From contig JAWXAX010000302.1 in assembly GCA_034439735.1 (NCBI GenBank), positions 40,338-104,337 on the forward strand: a DNA stretch of 64,000 nucleotides, written 5' to 3'. The stretch is from Rhodothermales bacterium (GTDB taxonomy: Bacteria > Bacteroidota > Rhodothermia > Rhodothermales > JAHQVL01). The notes under the pieces were generated by a model. The model worked only from the letters and a program-made list of their open reading frames with translations, did no database searches and had not been told where the DNA came from. Each line of letters begins with the position of its first letter. Within the stretch, counting starts at the first letter, position 1. Below are positions 35,719 to 45,329 of the stretch, piece by piece. A program made the position numbers and the translations under genes.

Positions 35719-36732
35719 TTGTTGGATAACGTTCACCTCGTATCGCTTGTCGTGCTCCTTGCGGTTTGTGCGATGGGGTGCGACAGCGCGCTGATGCGGG
35801 AGGTCGCCTACCACGAACGTGTCGGTAACCTGGAGGAAGCCCGTACGGCCGCCGAGCGCGCCGCCCAGTCGGATCCTGCGAATAGTGAAGCGCACTTCTT
35901 ACTTGGCCGCACCTGGTTGGCGCAAGGAGCGTACCCGGAAGCCCACGCCGCCTTCGAACGCGCTAACACCCGCACGGCCCGGTATGCGGACCAGATCGCC
36001 TTTTTGCTTGAATCCGCCTATCGAACCGCGATGGCGGAGGGGGCAACGGCCTATGGGATGGCCCGTTTCGCGGACGCCGCCGCCCACTTCGCCGCCGCTA
36101 CCCGCGTCGATACCGTCGCCCTGGATGCGTATCGCGCGCTGGGCCACGCCTCGGTCCAGGCCGGCGATCGGACCTCGGCCATTGCCGCCTACCGCACCGC
36201 CAGCCCCCTCGCCCCGGCCGACGTCGAACTGTGGAATAACCTCGCCGAACTGACGACCCTTGAAGCCGATTACGAGGCCGCGCTCGTCTACTCGCGCCAG
36301 GTGCTCCAGCTGGATCCAGCCTTTCGGCCCGGTCTGCGCCGGCTGGCCTACGTCGAAGAAAAGCTGGGCCATGACGACGAGGCCGAGGCGCACTACCGCC
36401 AGCTGGTCGACGGCGGCCACACCCAGGCCGACGCCCGCAATTTTGCCTTCTTGCTATACAACCGTCAGAACTACGCCGAAGCGCTGCCACATCTCGAGAT
36501 CCTGGCGGACCACGGGCAGCCCGACTGGGACGTGCTCAAGGTGTTGTGCGAGAGTTATCTGGCTGTTGAAGACTTCGCACGGGCAATCGATATAGGCATC
36601 CTGCTGCACGATCGCCGGCCCGAAGACCGCGACGTGGTGAGTAATCTGATCCTGGCGTACGAAAAGGTGGGCGACAACAAGCACGTGGTGCTGTACCGCG
36701 AGCGTCTCGCGCGCATGGAGGACGAATTATGA
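35719..36732 (+). CDS. TPR-repeat lipoprotein (first gene of the ten-gene operon)
   Basis: TTG start per track. LLAVCAMGCDS lipobox-like signal and multiple TPR-like A/Y/L repeats. ATGA overlap with the next gene. Confidence 0.7.
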   Translation: MLDNVHLVSLVVLLAVCAMGCDSALMREVAYHERVGNLEEARTAAERAAQSDPANSEAHFLLGRTWLAQGAYPEAHAAFERANTRTARYADQIAFLLESAYRTAMAEGATAYGMARFADAAAHFAAATRVDTVALDAYRALGHASVQAGDRTSAIAAYRTASPLAPADVELWNNLAELTTLEADYEAALVYSRQVLQLDPAFRPGLRRLAYVEEKLGHDDEAEAHYRQLVDGGHTQADARNFAFLLYNRQNYAEALPHLEILADHGQPDWDVLKVLCESYLAVEDFARAIDIGILLHDRRPEDRDVVSNLILAYEKVGDNKHVVLYRERLARMEDEL

Positions 36733-39700
36733 AGCATCCTATCCACCGGACGCGCGTTGCCCTGATCATCGGGTGCCTGGTTATCGTGGTGGGCCGTGAC
36801 GCCGTGGGTCAGACGCTGCTTCCGGCGTTGATCGAGCCGGCGCCGTACTCGGCCAGTAGCCTGCCGTTTGATCCCATTCGACTGACCTTCGACACCCCGA
36901 TCGACACGACCAGCTTCGCGACGGCGGTCTTCCGGGTATATGGCAGCCAGACCGGCCTGTACGAGGGCACGCTTTCGTACGACGAGGCGACCCTCACCGT
37001 CATCTATACGCTTCCCTGCGCCCTCAAGGAAGGGGAGCGCGTTTCAGTCACGGCGGCGGGGATACGGTCGATGTCCGGCGGCGTGCTCGCGCCGTTTCAG
37101 TGGCAGTTCATCCCGGCGGTCGTCTACGGCAGCGGCCGGTTTGAAGGGCCGGATCAGTTCGACCTCGGCCTGGCCGATGCGCCGGCGTTTGTGTTTGCCG
37201 GCGACCTCGATGGCGACCTCCTGCCGGACGCCGTCGTCGCCAACAGCGGCTCGGGCTCCATCGGCATCTACCTCAACCAGGGCATCCGTGCGCGTCGGTT
37301 TGCACAGCGCACCGATGTGCGCGTCGGCTCGGGTCCGTTTGCGATCTCGGGCGGCGACTGGAACGCCGACGGCCGGCTCGACCTCGTCGTGAGCAACCTG
37401 CTTGAAAGCTCGCTCACCCTGGTCGTGAACGACGGCAACGGCCTGTTCTCGACCTCGACGATCGAAACCGGGGAGCGCCCCGTGCGCACCGCGGTAGGCG
37501 ACTTCGACAACGACGGCGACGAAGATATCGCGGTGTCCGCTTTTGGCGTCGATCTGATCTACGTGCACCTCAACAACGGCGACGGCACCTTTGCGTTGCC
37601 GGCGACCTATCCCGTAGGCGCGTCGCCGGCCGGCCTGGTGGCGGGCGATTTCGATAACGACGGCGACCTGGACCTCTACGCCGCCAGCCTCGGCGATCAG
37701 CGGTTGGATTTTCTTCGCAACGATGGCGCGGGCGCGTTCGGGGTCTCCGTCACGACGCCGCTGCCGTTTTCGCCGGCGGCCATCGAAGCCGCCGACCTCC
37801 TCAGCGCCGACACCACCCGGTACAGCGACTCCCGGCTGGACCTCGTCGTCTCCGCCCAGGATTCGCGGGAGGTGCTCATCCTCCAGAATACCGGCAACGG
37901 CGCCGCGCTCCAACTGGCCGCGCCGCTACCCGTCGATTCGTCCTCCTCCCAGGCGCTGGCCCTCGTCGTGGCCGATATCGACAGCAGCGATGCCCTGGGG
38001 GCGTTCCGCGGTCTCGGGCAGGATTTTGACCTCGATATCGTGACGGCCCACCTGGCGGCCGGCGAGATCCGACCGTTTATCAACACCGCCGCGCAGGGCT
38101 TCGAGCGCGGGTTGCCGGACGTGTATCCGACCGCCGCACTCGCGCAGGACCGTAATCCGATCTCAATCGCCTCCACGGATGTCGATGGTGATGGCGACCT
38201 GGACCTACTAGTAGTGAACGGGACGTCGGGCAATCTGGCTGTCTTTTATAATATCGGGGGCCGCGAGGCGCCCGTCGAAGCGTTCCCCCCGATCCTCAGC
38301 TACGGTGAACTGTGTGTGGATGAAGATTCTACCCAGACCGTGCAGCTGCGCAATACCACCAACCATCCCATTTCGGTGGAGATCAGCGTCCGCCCGGACG
38401 CCGGCGTCTATTTTCCGGACACCTCGGCGGTCGTGCTCGCTCCCGGCGAAACGCGTAGCGTGGCCGTGCGGTTCTCGCCGCTGGCGGCGGAGGACTACTT
38501 CGCCGAACTTGTCCTCCGTACCCGCATCCTGGCCGAGTTGTGCGGGATCGACGCCCAGCAGAGCATCGTCGAAGTGACCGTCCCACTCGTCGGCCGCGGC
38601 ATCGCCACCCGCTTCTCCGCCGTCCCCGATACGCTCGATTTCGGGATTGTTGTCGTGGGCGACTCACTGGTGCGCTCGTTCGACCTGCTCAATGATGGCA
38701 ATATCGGGGGCGATATCGCGAGCTTCCTCTCGGGCAATCCGCTCTTCACCGTCCTGGCGCCTCTCACGCCGCAGACCGTCGCGGCCGGCGGCCGGCAGCC
38801 CGTAGACGTCCAGTTTCAGCCCCTCATCGCCGGCGTGTACTTCGATTCGTTGCGGGTGGCTACGGTCGATTTGTGCGGGCGCGACACCCTCACCGTCTAC
38901 CTCCGCGCGCGATCCGTCGACCCCTTACCCGATCTCCTGCCGCTGAACCTGGCGTTGGTCGCCGGCCAGACCCTCACCGGACTGCGGGTGGGGGATGCCC
39001 TCGATGCGCAGGTCGACCTCCAGAATCAGTTTTACGCCGTGCCCGATACCTTCCTGAGCCGGTTCGTGCTCATCCGCCCTGACGGCGTCAGCCAGCCCGC
39101 CGGCGACATTATCACGGAGGGGATAGGCGTGGAGACGATCGTCGGGCTGTCTAGCCCGGCGATTACGCTGACCCAGCCCGGCCGGCACCAGCTCTGTTTC
39201 GATGCCGACGCCCTCGACGCAGTCCTCGAGGCCGTCGAGGATAACAACCGCCTCTGTCTGGAGGCTTTCGACGTGCGTCCGCTCCTGCCGGATCTGCTCG
39301 CTGCCGACCTCGTTCGCGCGGACGGCATTACCGACGCCATCCGGCGGGGGCAGACGCATGACTATACCGGCACCGTCCGTAACATCGGCGATCAGGACGT
39401 CGCCGCACCGTTTCAGGTCGAGATCCTGCTCAATGACCTCGTCGTCGAGTCGCTGACGCTCGAAGGGCTGGCCGTGGGCGCGGAGGCAACCTTCACCGCG
39501 GCCGTGGACTTCCCCGATGTGGGCGCCTACACGCTCATCTTCCGGGTGGACGCCGGCTTCGGGATTGATGAGATCCTGGAGGATAACAACGACTTCATCC
39601 TCGGCCCCTTCGATGTCGAACTGCCCGACGCGCTGCCGGTGGGTCCGAACCCCTTTACGCCGAACAACGACGGTTTTAACGACCGCGTGGCGTTCCGCAT

Positions 39701-39908
39701 CGAGGAGTTCGGGCTCGCCCAGCCCGTCGTGCGCATCTTCAGCTTCGAGGGCCGGCTTCTGCGCACGTTCGACGAAGTAGTGGAGGGCGCACTCGCCTGG
39801 GACGGCCGCGATGACGAAGGGCGCGAGCTGCGGCCCGGCGTCTATCTCTACACGGTGGAAGAGGCGCGCGAAACCGTCGCCACCGGTCATATCACGCTGG
39901 CGAGGTAG
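36729..39908 (+). CDS. FG-GAP/VCBS-repeat, ASH-like and CARDB-like surface protein with T9SS type-B (gliding-motility-associated) C-terminal domain
   Basis: At least five GD(F/L/W)(D/N)xDGxxD(L/I) FG-GAP repeats. N-terminal SbsA-type Ig-like segment. C-terminus PNPFTPNNDGFNDRVAFRI...RIFSFEGRLLRTF...WDGRDDEGRELRPGVYLYTV matches the type-B CTD pattern. Confidence 0.7.
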   Translation: MKHPIHRTRVALIIGCLVIVVGRDAVGQTLLPALIEPAPYSASSLPFDPIRLTFDTPIDTTSFATAVFRVYGSQTGLYEGTLSYDEATLTVIYTLPCALKEGERVSVTAAGIRSMSGGVLAPFQWQFIPAVVYGSGRFEGPDQFDLGLADAPAFVFAGDLDGDLLPDAVVANSGSGSIGIYLNQGIRARRFAQRTDVRVGSGPFAISGGDWNADGRLDLVVSNLLESSLTLVVNDGNGLFSTSTIETGERPVRTAVGDFDNDGDEDIAVSAFGVDLIYVHLNNGDGTFALPATYPVGASPAGLVAGDFDNDGDLDLYAASLGDQRLDFLRNDGAGAFGVSVTTPLPFSPAAIEAADLLSADTTRYSDSRLDLVVSAQDSREVLILQNTGNGAALQLAAPLPVDSSSSQALALVVADIDSSDALGAFRGLGQDFDLDIVTAHLAAGEIRPFINTAAQGFERGLPDVYPTAALAQDRNPISIASTDVDGDGDLDLLVVNGTSGNLAVFYNIGGREAPVEAFPPILSYGELCVDEDSTQTVQLRNTTNHPISVEISVRPDAGVYFPDTSAVVLAPGETRSVAVRFSPLAAEDYFAELVLRTRILAELCGIDAQQSIVEVTVPLVGRGIATRFSAVPDTLDFGIVVVGDSLVRSFDLLNDGNIGGDIASFLSGNPLFTVLAPLTPQTVAAGGRQPVDVQFQPLIAGVYFDSLRVATVDLCGRDTLTVYLRARSVDPLPDLLPLNLALVAGQTLTGLRVGDALDAQVDLQNQFYAVPDTFLSRFVLIRPDGVSQPAGDIITEGIGVETIVGLSSPAITLTQPGRHQLCFDADALDAVLEAVEDNNRLCLEAFDVRPLLPDLLAADLVRADGITDAIRRGQTHDYTGTVRNIGDQDVAAPFQVEILLNDLVVESLTLEGLAVGAEATFTAAVDFPDVGAYTLIFRVDAGFGIDEILEDNNDFILGPFDVELPDALPVGPNPFTPNNDGFNDRVAFRIEEFGLAQPVVRIFSFEGRLLRTFDEVVEGALAWDGRDDEGRELRPGVYLYTVEEARETVATGHITLAR

Positions 39909-39911
39909 CCG

Positions 39912-41714
39912 ATGGATAGCCGCATGAGACCTCAACGCGTGACCCTGCGCCGGCTGCTGGCCGCGGCCGGCCTGGTACTTTTTTACTGGTCCGGGGGGAC
40001 TCCCGCCCGAGCGCAACAGCCCCTGATGGGGCCGTCGCTGAGCATGGAAGATCCGATGGCGGTGTTCGCTAATCCCGCCATCCTGTCGTTTCAGCGCGCG
40101 CGCCTTGCGCTGGGCGCCAAGGCCTATCACCTCGGCGTGAGCGAGGCCGGCGGCGTGCCGCTGCGCCAGGGGGCGTTTGTGCTCTCGACGCCGTTTTTGC
40201 TCTCGGACCGCTTCGGCGCCGGCGCCCTGGTGCAGTACTTCGACAGCCCCATTTTCCAGCGGACCTCCATCGGCCTGGGCGTTTCGGCTCGGGTGCTCCG
40301 CTTTGTGTCGGTCGGCGTCCAACTCGCCGCCTTCAACCTGTCGTACGACGCGGCGAATTTCATCGAGTTCGATCCGGCCGACCCCGTGTTCGCCGGCGGC
40401 TATAGCCGCACCGTGATCAACGCCTCGCTGGGCGCGTACGCCCAGCCGTTGCCGGCGCTGAGCCTGTCTCTGGGCGTGCGTAATGCGAACAGTCCCGATC
40501 TATCGCTGGTGGGCGACGGGGTCCTGTTATCGCCCGAGCCGTTTATCGGGGCCGGTTATGCCGTCGGGCCCGTGCGGGCGCTGCTCGAGCTGGTCGGCAC
40601 CCCGTACGGCGCCGAAACGCGGTGGAGCGTCGAAGCCGTGTCGTTGGCCGGCTCGTACCTCCGGTTCAGCAGCAACACGGCCTTCGACCAGGCGCGGGTG
40701 GAGGGGCTGCTGCATGTCGGCGGCCCGATCAGCGTCAGTTATGGCTACGAACTACCGTTCGGAGCCCTCGGCGGCGCCACGAACGGATCCCATACCGTGA
40801 GTGTAGTCTATGAGTTCGGCCGCACGCCCGATCTGCCCGACCCGATCGTACCGCCTGCCTTCCTGTATACCACCGAGTTGCCGGCGCTCGACCCCGTCCT
40901 GAGGCCAAGGGTCTATACCAGTGCGACAAGCGACTACCTCCGCTATTACGAGCAGATCATCGTTCGGCAGATCGACAGCGACGTGCCTGATGAGGCGTTG
41001 CGGCAGCTCACCGAGGCCGATCTCGGCGCGCTCGATAGCGTGCTCGTGGCGCGTCCGCCGGCTTATGCACCGGCGCCGATCTACGACCCGAACGAACGGG
41101 TGGTGATGACCGGATCGTATTCGTCTCAGTATGAAGCTTCATTGCGGGAAGCCGGACGCGTTGTGGGACGTGACGAAACACAGACCATACGGGTGACGGC
41201 GCCATCGGGCGACGTGCTGCGCGCCACGGGAATCCGTAACCGGCTTGTGGCACAGGGAATTCCCGAGAACCGCATCGAACTGTCCCCGGCGCCGGCGGAT
41301 TCGATGCTCGAGCCGGCAACACAGGAGAGCTTTTTGCCAGAGGCTTACATGCTCCGACTCGAACCCGCCGAGACCGTGCTGTATTTCCTCGGCGCCAATC
41401 AGGATAGTGCCGCCGTGGACTGGGAAGTGCGGGTCGAAGACGCCGACGGACGGGTCGTCAGGTCCTTCTCTGGCGCCGGCGCCGTGCCGGACCAGCTGAT
41501 GTGGGATTGGATGGACGAGACTGGAGCCGTGATCGCGCCGGGCGTCTACCAGTACCGGATGAGTTGGACCGACCGGCAGGGCGAGCGCCACGTGTCGAAC
41601 CGGCGCACGCTGTATGTCCAAAAATTCCTGAGAAAAACGACCGTCCGCGTCACCCGCGACCCCGAGGCGCTGCGGCGGGAGGCCGACCGCATTGAACTAC
41701 GTATTCAACACTAG
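39912..41714 (+). CDS. PorP/SprF-like outer-membrane protein with long C-terminal extension ending in a FlgD-Ig-like domain
   Basis: Signal peptide then AQQPLMGPS...AVFANPAILSF, resembling the PorP/SprF N-terminus. Position directly after a type-B CTD gene is the usual cargo/PorP pairing. C-terminus WDWMDETGAVIAPGVYQYRM is FlgD-Ig-like. By eye, moderate. Confidence 0.5.
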   Translation: MDSRMRPQRVTLRRLLAAAGLVLFYWSGGTPARAQQPLMGPSLSMEDPMAVFANPAILSFQRARLALGAKAYHLGVSEAGGVPLRQGAFVLSTPFLLSDRFGAGALVQYFDSPIFQRTSIGLGVSARVLRFVSVGVQLAAFNLSYDAANFIEFDPADPVFAGGYSRTVINASLGAYAQPLPALSLSLGVRNANSPDLSLVGDGVLLSPEPFIGAGYAVGPVRALLELVGTPYGAETRWSVEAVSLAGSYLRFSSNTAFDQARVEGLLHVGGPISVSYGYELPFGALGGATNGSHTVSVVYEFGRTPDLPDPIVPPAFLYTTELPALDPVLRPRVYTSATSDYLRYYEQIIVRQIDSDVPDEALRQLTEADLGALDSVLVARPPAYAPAPIYDPNERVVMTGSYSSQYEASLREAGRVVGRDETQTIRVTAPSGDVLRATGIRNRLVAQGIPENRIELSPAPADSMLEPATQESFLPEAYMLRLEPAETVLYFLGANQDSAAVDWEVRVEDADGRVVRSFSGAGAVPDQLMWDWMDETGAVIAPGVYQYRMSWTDRQGERHVSNRRTLYVQKFLRKTTVRVTRDPEALRREADRIELRIQH

Positions 41715-41731
41715 TATCAAACACGAGCATC

Positions 41732-43363
41732 GTGAGATCCATGAACCGACTACTGCGCATTTTCCTGGTGATTGTTGCCGCCGGCGTGCTGGAGGCGCCG
41801 GGCGGCGTCGGCCAAACGGCCCTCGCGGCCGGCGTGATGCCTCAATCCGTACCCGAGGGGACGGCGGAAGGGTTTACGATGAGCAACATGTGGACCCTCA
41901 CCGAGCAGGCCGGGCCGCTGCGCTGGCCGATCTTTGGCGTATTCATCATCGGCATGTTTCTCGTTTGCCTGAAGTGGTTCGAGTTGATGTCCGACCGTCG
42001 GGAGTCTCGCACGCTGGAGCACATCGACTTTCGCCTGATGGGGTTGCCGCAGATCATCAAGACGATCTCCGGCCAGAAGGACAGCATGCTGGCCCGCCTG
42101 CAGGCGACGATGCTCAACGTCTTCCAGTCGCAGCAGTCGCAGGCCGATCTGCACGACGAGATCGCAAACTACATCCGGTATCAGCAGGATCGGTTCGACA
42201 CGTTCAAGCGGCGGGTGGATTTTATGTCCGACACCGCCGGCGCCCTCGGTCTGCTCGGCACCGTCTGGGGCATCTTTACGGTGTTCTCCCAGGGGTTGTT
42301 GGACGATCAGGTCATCCTCACCGGCATGGGCTTCGCGCTCATCACAACGTTGATGGGCCTCGTCGTGAGTATCATCCTGAACCTGAGCTCCACGGAGGTG
42401 TTCGGCTTTTTCAACCGCCGGCTGGAACGGATCGGCGGCAAGTCGGACGAACTGCGCTTCCGTCTCATGGAGCTCGCCCTCCCGCAACAGAAAGGCGGCG
42501 GGGATACGCATCTGGACATCGACACCATGCTCACCGAGACCCTGGCACCGGTGGTGTCGGTCTCGGGCAGCCCGGTCGTCAAAACCGAATCCATGCGGCC
42601 GGCCCCCGAAGGTAAACCCATCGCCCATGTAGAGGCCGTGTTGCAGGATCGTTTTTCGAACAGCCTGTACGGCGACTCGGGCACCTCGGCACTTCGGAAG
42701 TCGATCCAGTCGGCGACCGTCGACGTCACCCGGGCGCCGTACGCGCTTCGTGTGCTGAACGCGCCCAAGGAAGAGGCGGCGGGGCGGACGGTGAAGCATG
42801 TCGTACTGCAACTCGTGGATGAAGCCGATGGCCCCGTGGCCGGCCGCAAGGTCGTGGTGACGGTCGACAAAGGGGAGAGCAGCCTAAACGGGGGCGAGCC
42901 CGAGGTGTCGGCCACGACGGACGAACGCGGGGAAATCCGGTTTGATTGGAATCTACCTCAACGCGCCGGCCTGCAGACATTTACCGCCAGCGTGCCTGGC
43001 GCCGAGGCGCCGGGGCTGTCGATCAAACACACCATGATGGCGCGCCCCGGTCTGCCACGCAAACTCAAACAGTTTGGCAACAATCAGGGAGGCCCCGCCG
43101 GCGAAAAGCTACCGAAGCCGCTCAAGGTGCTGGTGCTGGATGAGTTCGAGAACCCGATCTCCGATTGGCCCGTCGTGTATGTCGTGGAACTGGGCGATGG
43201 CTCGTTCGACAATGGGAAGCAGGAGATCAAAGCGAAGACAGACAAACGCGGTGAGATCGGCATCACGTTTCGCGTGGGCACCGAGCCCGGTTTCAACACC
43301 GTGAAGGTGACGGTCGATGGCGTCGGGCGGGACCTGAAGTTCCAGGCCATGTCCATGTCGTGA
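41732..43363 (+). CDS. MotA/TolQ/ExbB-family proton channel protein with ~290-aa C-terminal extension carrying two Ig-like repeats
   Basis: ExbB core FMSDTAGALGLLGTVWGIFTVF ... LTGMGFALITTLMGLVVSIILNL. After the last TM, two ~80-aa repeats of Big_1-like pattern (VVLQLVDEADGPVAGRKVVVTV...TDERGEIRFDW...; VLVLDEFENPISDWPVVYVV...TDKRGEIGITFRV...). GTG 41732, alternative ATG 41741. Confidence 0.75.
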   Translation: MRSMNRLLRIFLVIVAAGVLEAPGGVGQTALAAGVMPQSVPEGTAEGFTMSNMWTLTEQAGPLRWPIFGVFIIGMFLVCLKWFELMSDRRESRTLEHIDFRLMGLPQIIKTISGQKDSMLARLQATMLNVFQSQQSQADLHDEIANYIRYQQDRFDTFKRRVDFMSDTAGALGLLGTVWGIFTVFSQGLLDDQVILTGMGFALITTLMGLVVSIILNLSSTEVFGFFNRRLERIGGKSDELRFRLMELALPQQKGGGDTHLDIDTMLTETLAPVVSVSGSPVVKTESMRPAPEGKPIAHVEAVLQDRFSNSLYGDSGTSALRKSIQSATVDVTRAPYALRVLNAPKEEAAGRTVKHVVLQLVDEADGPVAGRKVVVTVDKGESSLNGGEPEVSATTDERGEIRFDWNLPQRAGLQTFTASVPGAEAPGLSIKHTMMARPGLPRKLKQFGNNQGGPAGEKLPKPLKVLVLDEFENPISDWPVVYVVELGDGSFDNGKQEIKAKTDKRGEIGITFRVGTEPGFNTVKVTVDGVGRDLKFQAMSMS

Positions 43364-43397
43364 GCCGGCCCTCCCCACACACCAACTGAGCGATGGA

Positions 43398-43796
43398 ATG
43401 ACGAATTCCGGTTTCATCATGCGATTCGTCGATGTGGTGCTGATCATGTTGTTCGGCTTCATCACCATATCGAACCTGCAAGATTCCGAAGTCGCGCTCC
43501 CCGAAAGCGGCGAGACCGACTTGCACCCCATGGATACCGAGGAAGTCGAGTTTATCGGCATCCTGCCGGACGGCACGTTTCTAATCGAGGACGAGCAGAC
43601 GCTCATCAGCAGCGTCGAGGCGCTGCGCGGGTTTCTGGCCCAGCGCCGGGCCGCGGCTGGCGTCGCGTCGCTAAAGATCCGCATCCGCAGCAGCTGGGAC
43701 GCTCCGGTGCATTATGCGCTCGATGTGGCGGCGCTGTGCGACGAACTGGGCCTCCAGAAATCGATCGAAGTCGAACTCAACCTCAACGGCGTCTAA
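43398..43796 (+). CDS. ExbD/TolR-family biopolymer transport protein 1
   Basis: 132 aa. N-terminal TM FVDVVLIMLFGFITISNL and an ExbD-like periplasmic domain. Confidence 0.8.
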   Translation: MTNSGFIMRFVDVVLIMLFGFITISNLQDSEVALPESGETDLHPMDTEEVEFIGILPDGTFLIEDEQTLISSVEALRGFLAQRRAAAGVASLKIRIRSSWDAPVHYALDVAALCDELGLQKSIEVELNLNGV

Positions 43797-43813
43797 CGAC
43801 TCCACGAAGCAGG

Positions 43814-44245
43814 ATGCAACGCAAAGGATATATCATTCGCTTCATCGACATCGGGCTGATCATCCTGTTCGGGTTTTTGATGATCAGCGACCTGACCGTG
43901 ATCTCGCAGATCCAGCTTCCGGGAAGCGAGCAGGATCGTCCCGCGGATCCACCAGACGACAACACACGGATGATTGGCGTCGTAATCGAAGAATCGGGTC
44001 TGTACCGGATTCGCGAAATGGCCACCGATGTGCCGTTATTTGTAAATGTCGAGCAGATCGCGGATCTCGAAGTCCTCGTTCGCCGGCTCGTCGAGGAGCA
44101 CGAGGCGGTGGGGGGGGCGATCGAAGTCGTGATCGAGCCGCATCCGAATGCCGTCATGCAGCGGCTGGTGGATGTGCACGACCTCTGCGAACGGCTCGGC
44201 GTCAAAAAGAACATCAACACCGCGATCGGGCGGGGCGGGCCATGA
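43814..44245 (+). CDS. ExbD/TolR-family biopolymer transport protein 2
   Basis: ATG 43814. FIDIGLIILFGFLMISDL TM and an ExbD-like C-terminal domain. Confidence 0.8.
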   Translation: MQRKGYIIRFIDIGLIILFGFLMISDLTVISQIQLPGSEQDRPADPPDDNTRMIGVVIEESGLYRIREMATDVPLFVNVEQIADLEVLVRRLVEEHEAVGGAIEVVIEPHPNAVMQRLVDVHDLCERLGVKKNINTAIGRGGP

Positions 44246-45294
44246 TATTACCGGAACCCAGAGGCGACACGGCCGGCCGACGCGGCCGCGCCTTGCTGAC
44301 CACGGTCGTGTTTAGCGGGGTCTGTTATGGCCTGCTCGTGGCTGCCTCGTATTCCATCGATAAGCCCACGCGAGAACTCTTCCGCGAGGTGGATTTTGCG
44401 CTGTTCGCGCCGCCGGCGCCCGTGCTCGCGCCTGAGCCGGCCGCTTCCGAGAGTGAAGCGCCCGAGACGGCGCCCCGCGAGACGACCCGCGAGCCAAATG
44501 CCTCGGCGGTGAGCGCGCTGGATCAGCTGGATCTGAGCGCCTTCTTGCCGCAGGAGCTGGACTTGCCGGTGGAGGATGCGCCGGAGGCGACGCGCTCGCG
44601 CCAGCCCTCGGCCGGCGCCGCCGGCGTCGAAACCGCCGACGCCCTCTCCGGCATCGGCGACCTCAGCGCGCTCGATGGGCTCAATACCGCCCAGCCCACC
44701 GGCAGCCGCGGACGCGCCGGCGCCGGTAGGACCGCGGACATCGCGCTGGCCTCGGGCGCTGGAGGAGAAGGGGGGACCCGCCTCGGCGAACAGGTCGGCG
44801 GGGACACCCGCGTGGTGGGGGGGCAGCAGGCCCGGCAGGTGACCGGTTTACAGCAGGGGCCGGCGGTCGAGCGGATCTCATTGGATGCACTCGGCGACGC
44901 ATATTCGAACCTCGAGGTCCGCGAACTCATCGATTGGATGAAAAAAAATCCGGCCGAATTGCCGATTGGCATTCGTCAACTCGTGCGTCACCGCCCCTCG
45001 TTCCTGTCTTCCGTCGCTTCGTTTTCCATCGATGGGAAGGCCTACGAGCTCTACCTGATGTGCAAGGAAAGCCTCTATGAGGTACACATCGTGCTGGTGG
45101 AGCAGGAGGAGGCCACCTACCTCGTCGACCGTAGCTTCCAGAAACTCAGCACCTATCTCCGGGAGGGCGGGGTGCGCCGCGACGGGCGCGATATTGTCGC
45201 CGTCAACTCCCGGCGCGATGCCGCCTCGAGCGAACACTCGCGTGAATTTTATGGTCTCTTTCTCTCCTGGTGGGAGCAGGCGCGCACGGAATAG
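44242..45294 (+). CDS. Membrane-anchored protein in the TonB position (Pro/Ala/Glu-rich linker, unrecognised C-terminal domain)
   Basis: ATG 44242 (ATGA overlap with exbD2). One N-terminal TM (LLTTVVFSGVCYGLLVAASY). Linker APPAPVLAPEPAASESEAPETAP. C-terminal ~130 aa without the TonB C-terminal pattern I know. Confidence 0.5.
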   Translation: MILPEPRGDTAGRRGRALLTTVVFSGVCYGLLVAASYSIDKPTRELFREVDFALFAPPAPVLAPEPAASESEAPETAPRETTREPNASAVSALDQLDLSAFLPQELDLPVEDAPEATRSRQPSAGAAGVETADALSGIGDLSALDGLNTAQPTGSRGRAGAGRTADIALASGAGGEGGTRLGEQVGGDTRVVGGQQARQVTGLQQGPAVERISLDALGDAYSNLEVRELIDWMKKNPAELPIGIRQLVRHRPSFLSSVASFSIDGKAYELYLMCKESLYEVHIVLVEQEEATYLVDRSFQKLSTYLREGGVRRDGRDIVAVNSRRDAASSEHSREFYGLFLSWWEQARTE

Positions 45295-45329
45295 CGGCTT
45301 CGCCGTGTTTCGAGCGTCTTACTTTTGGT

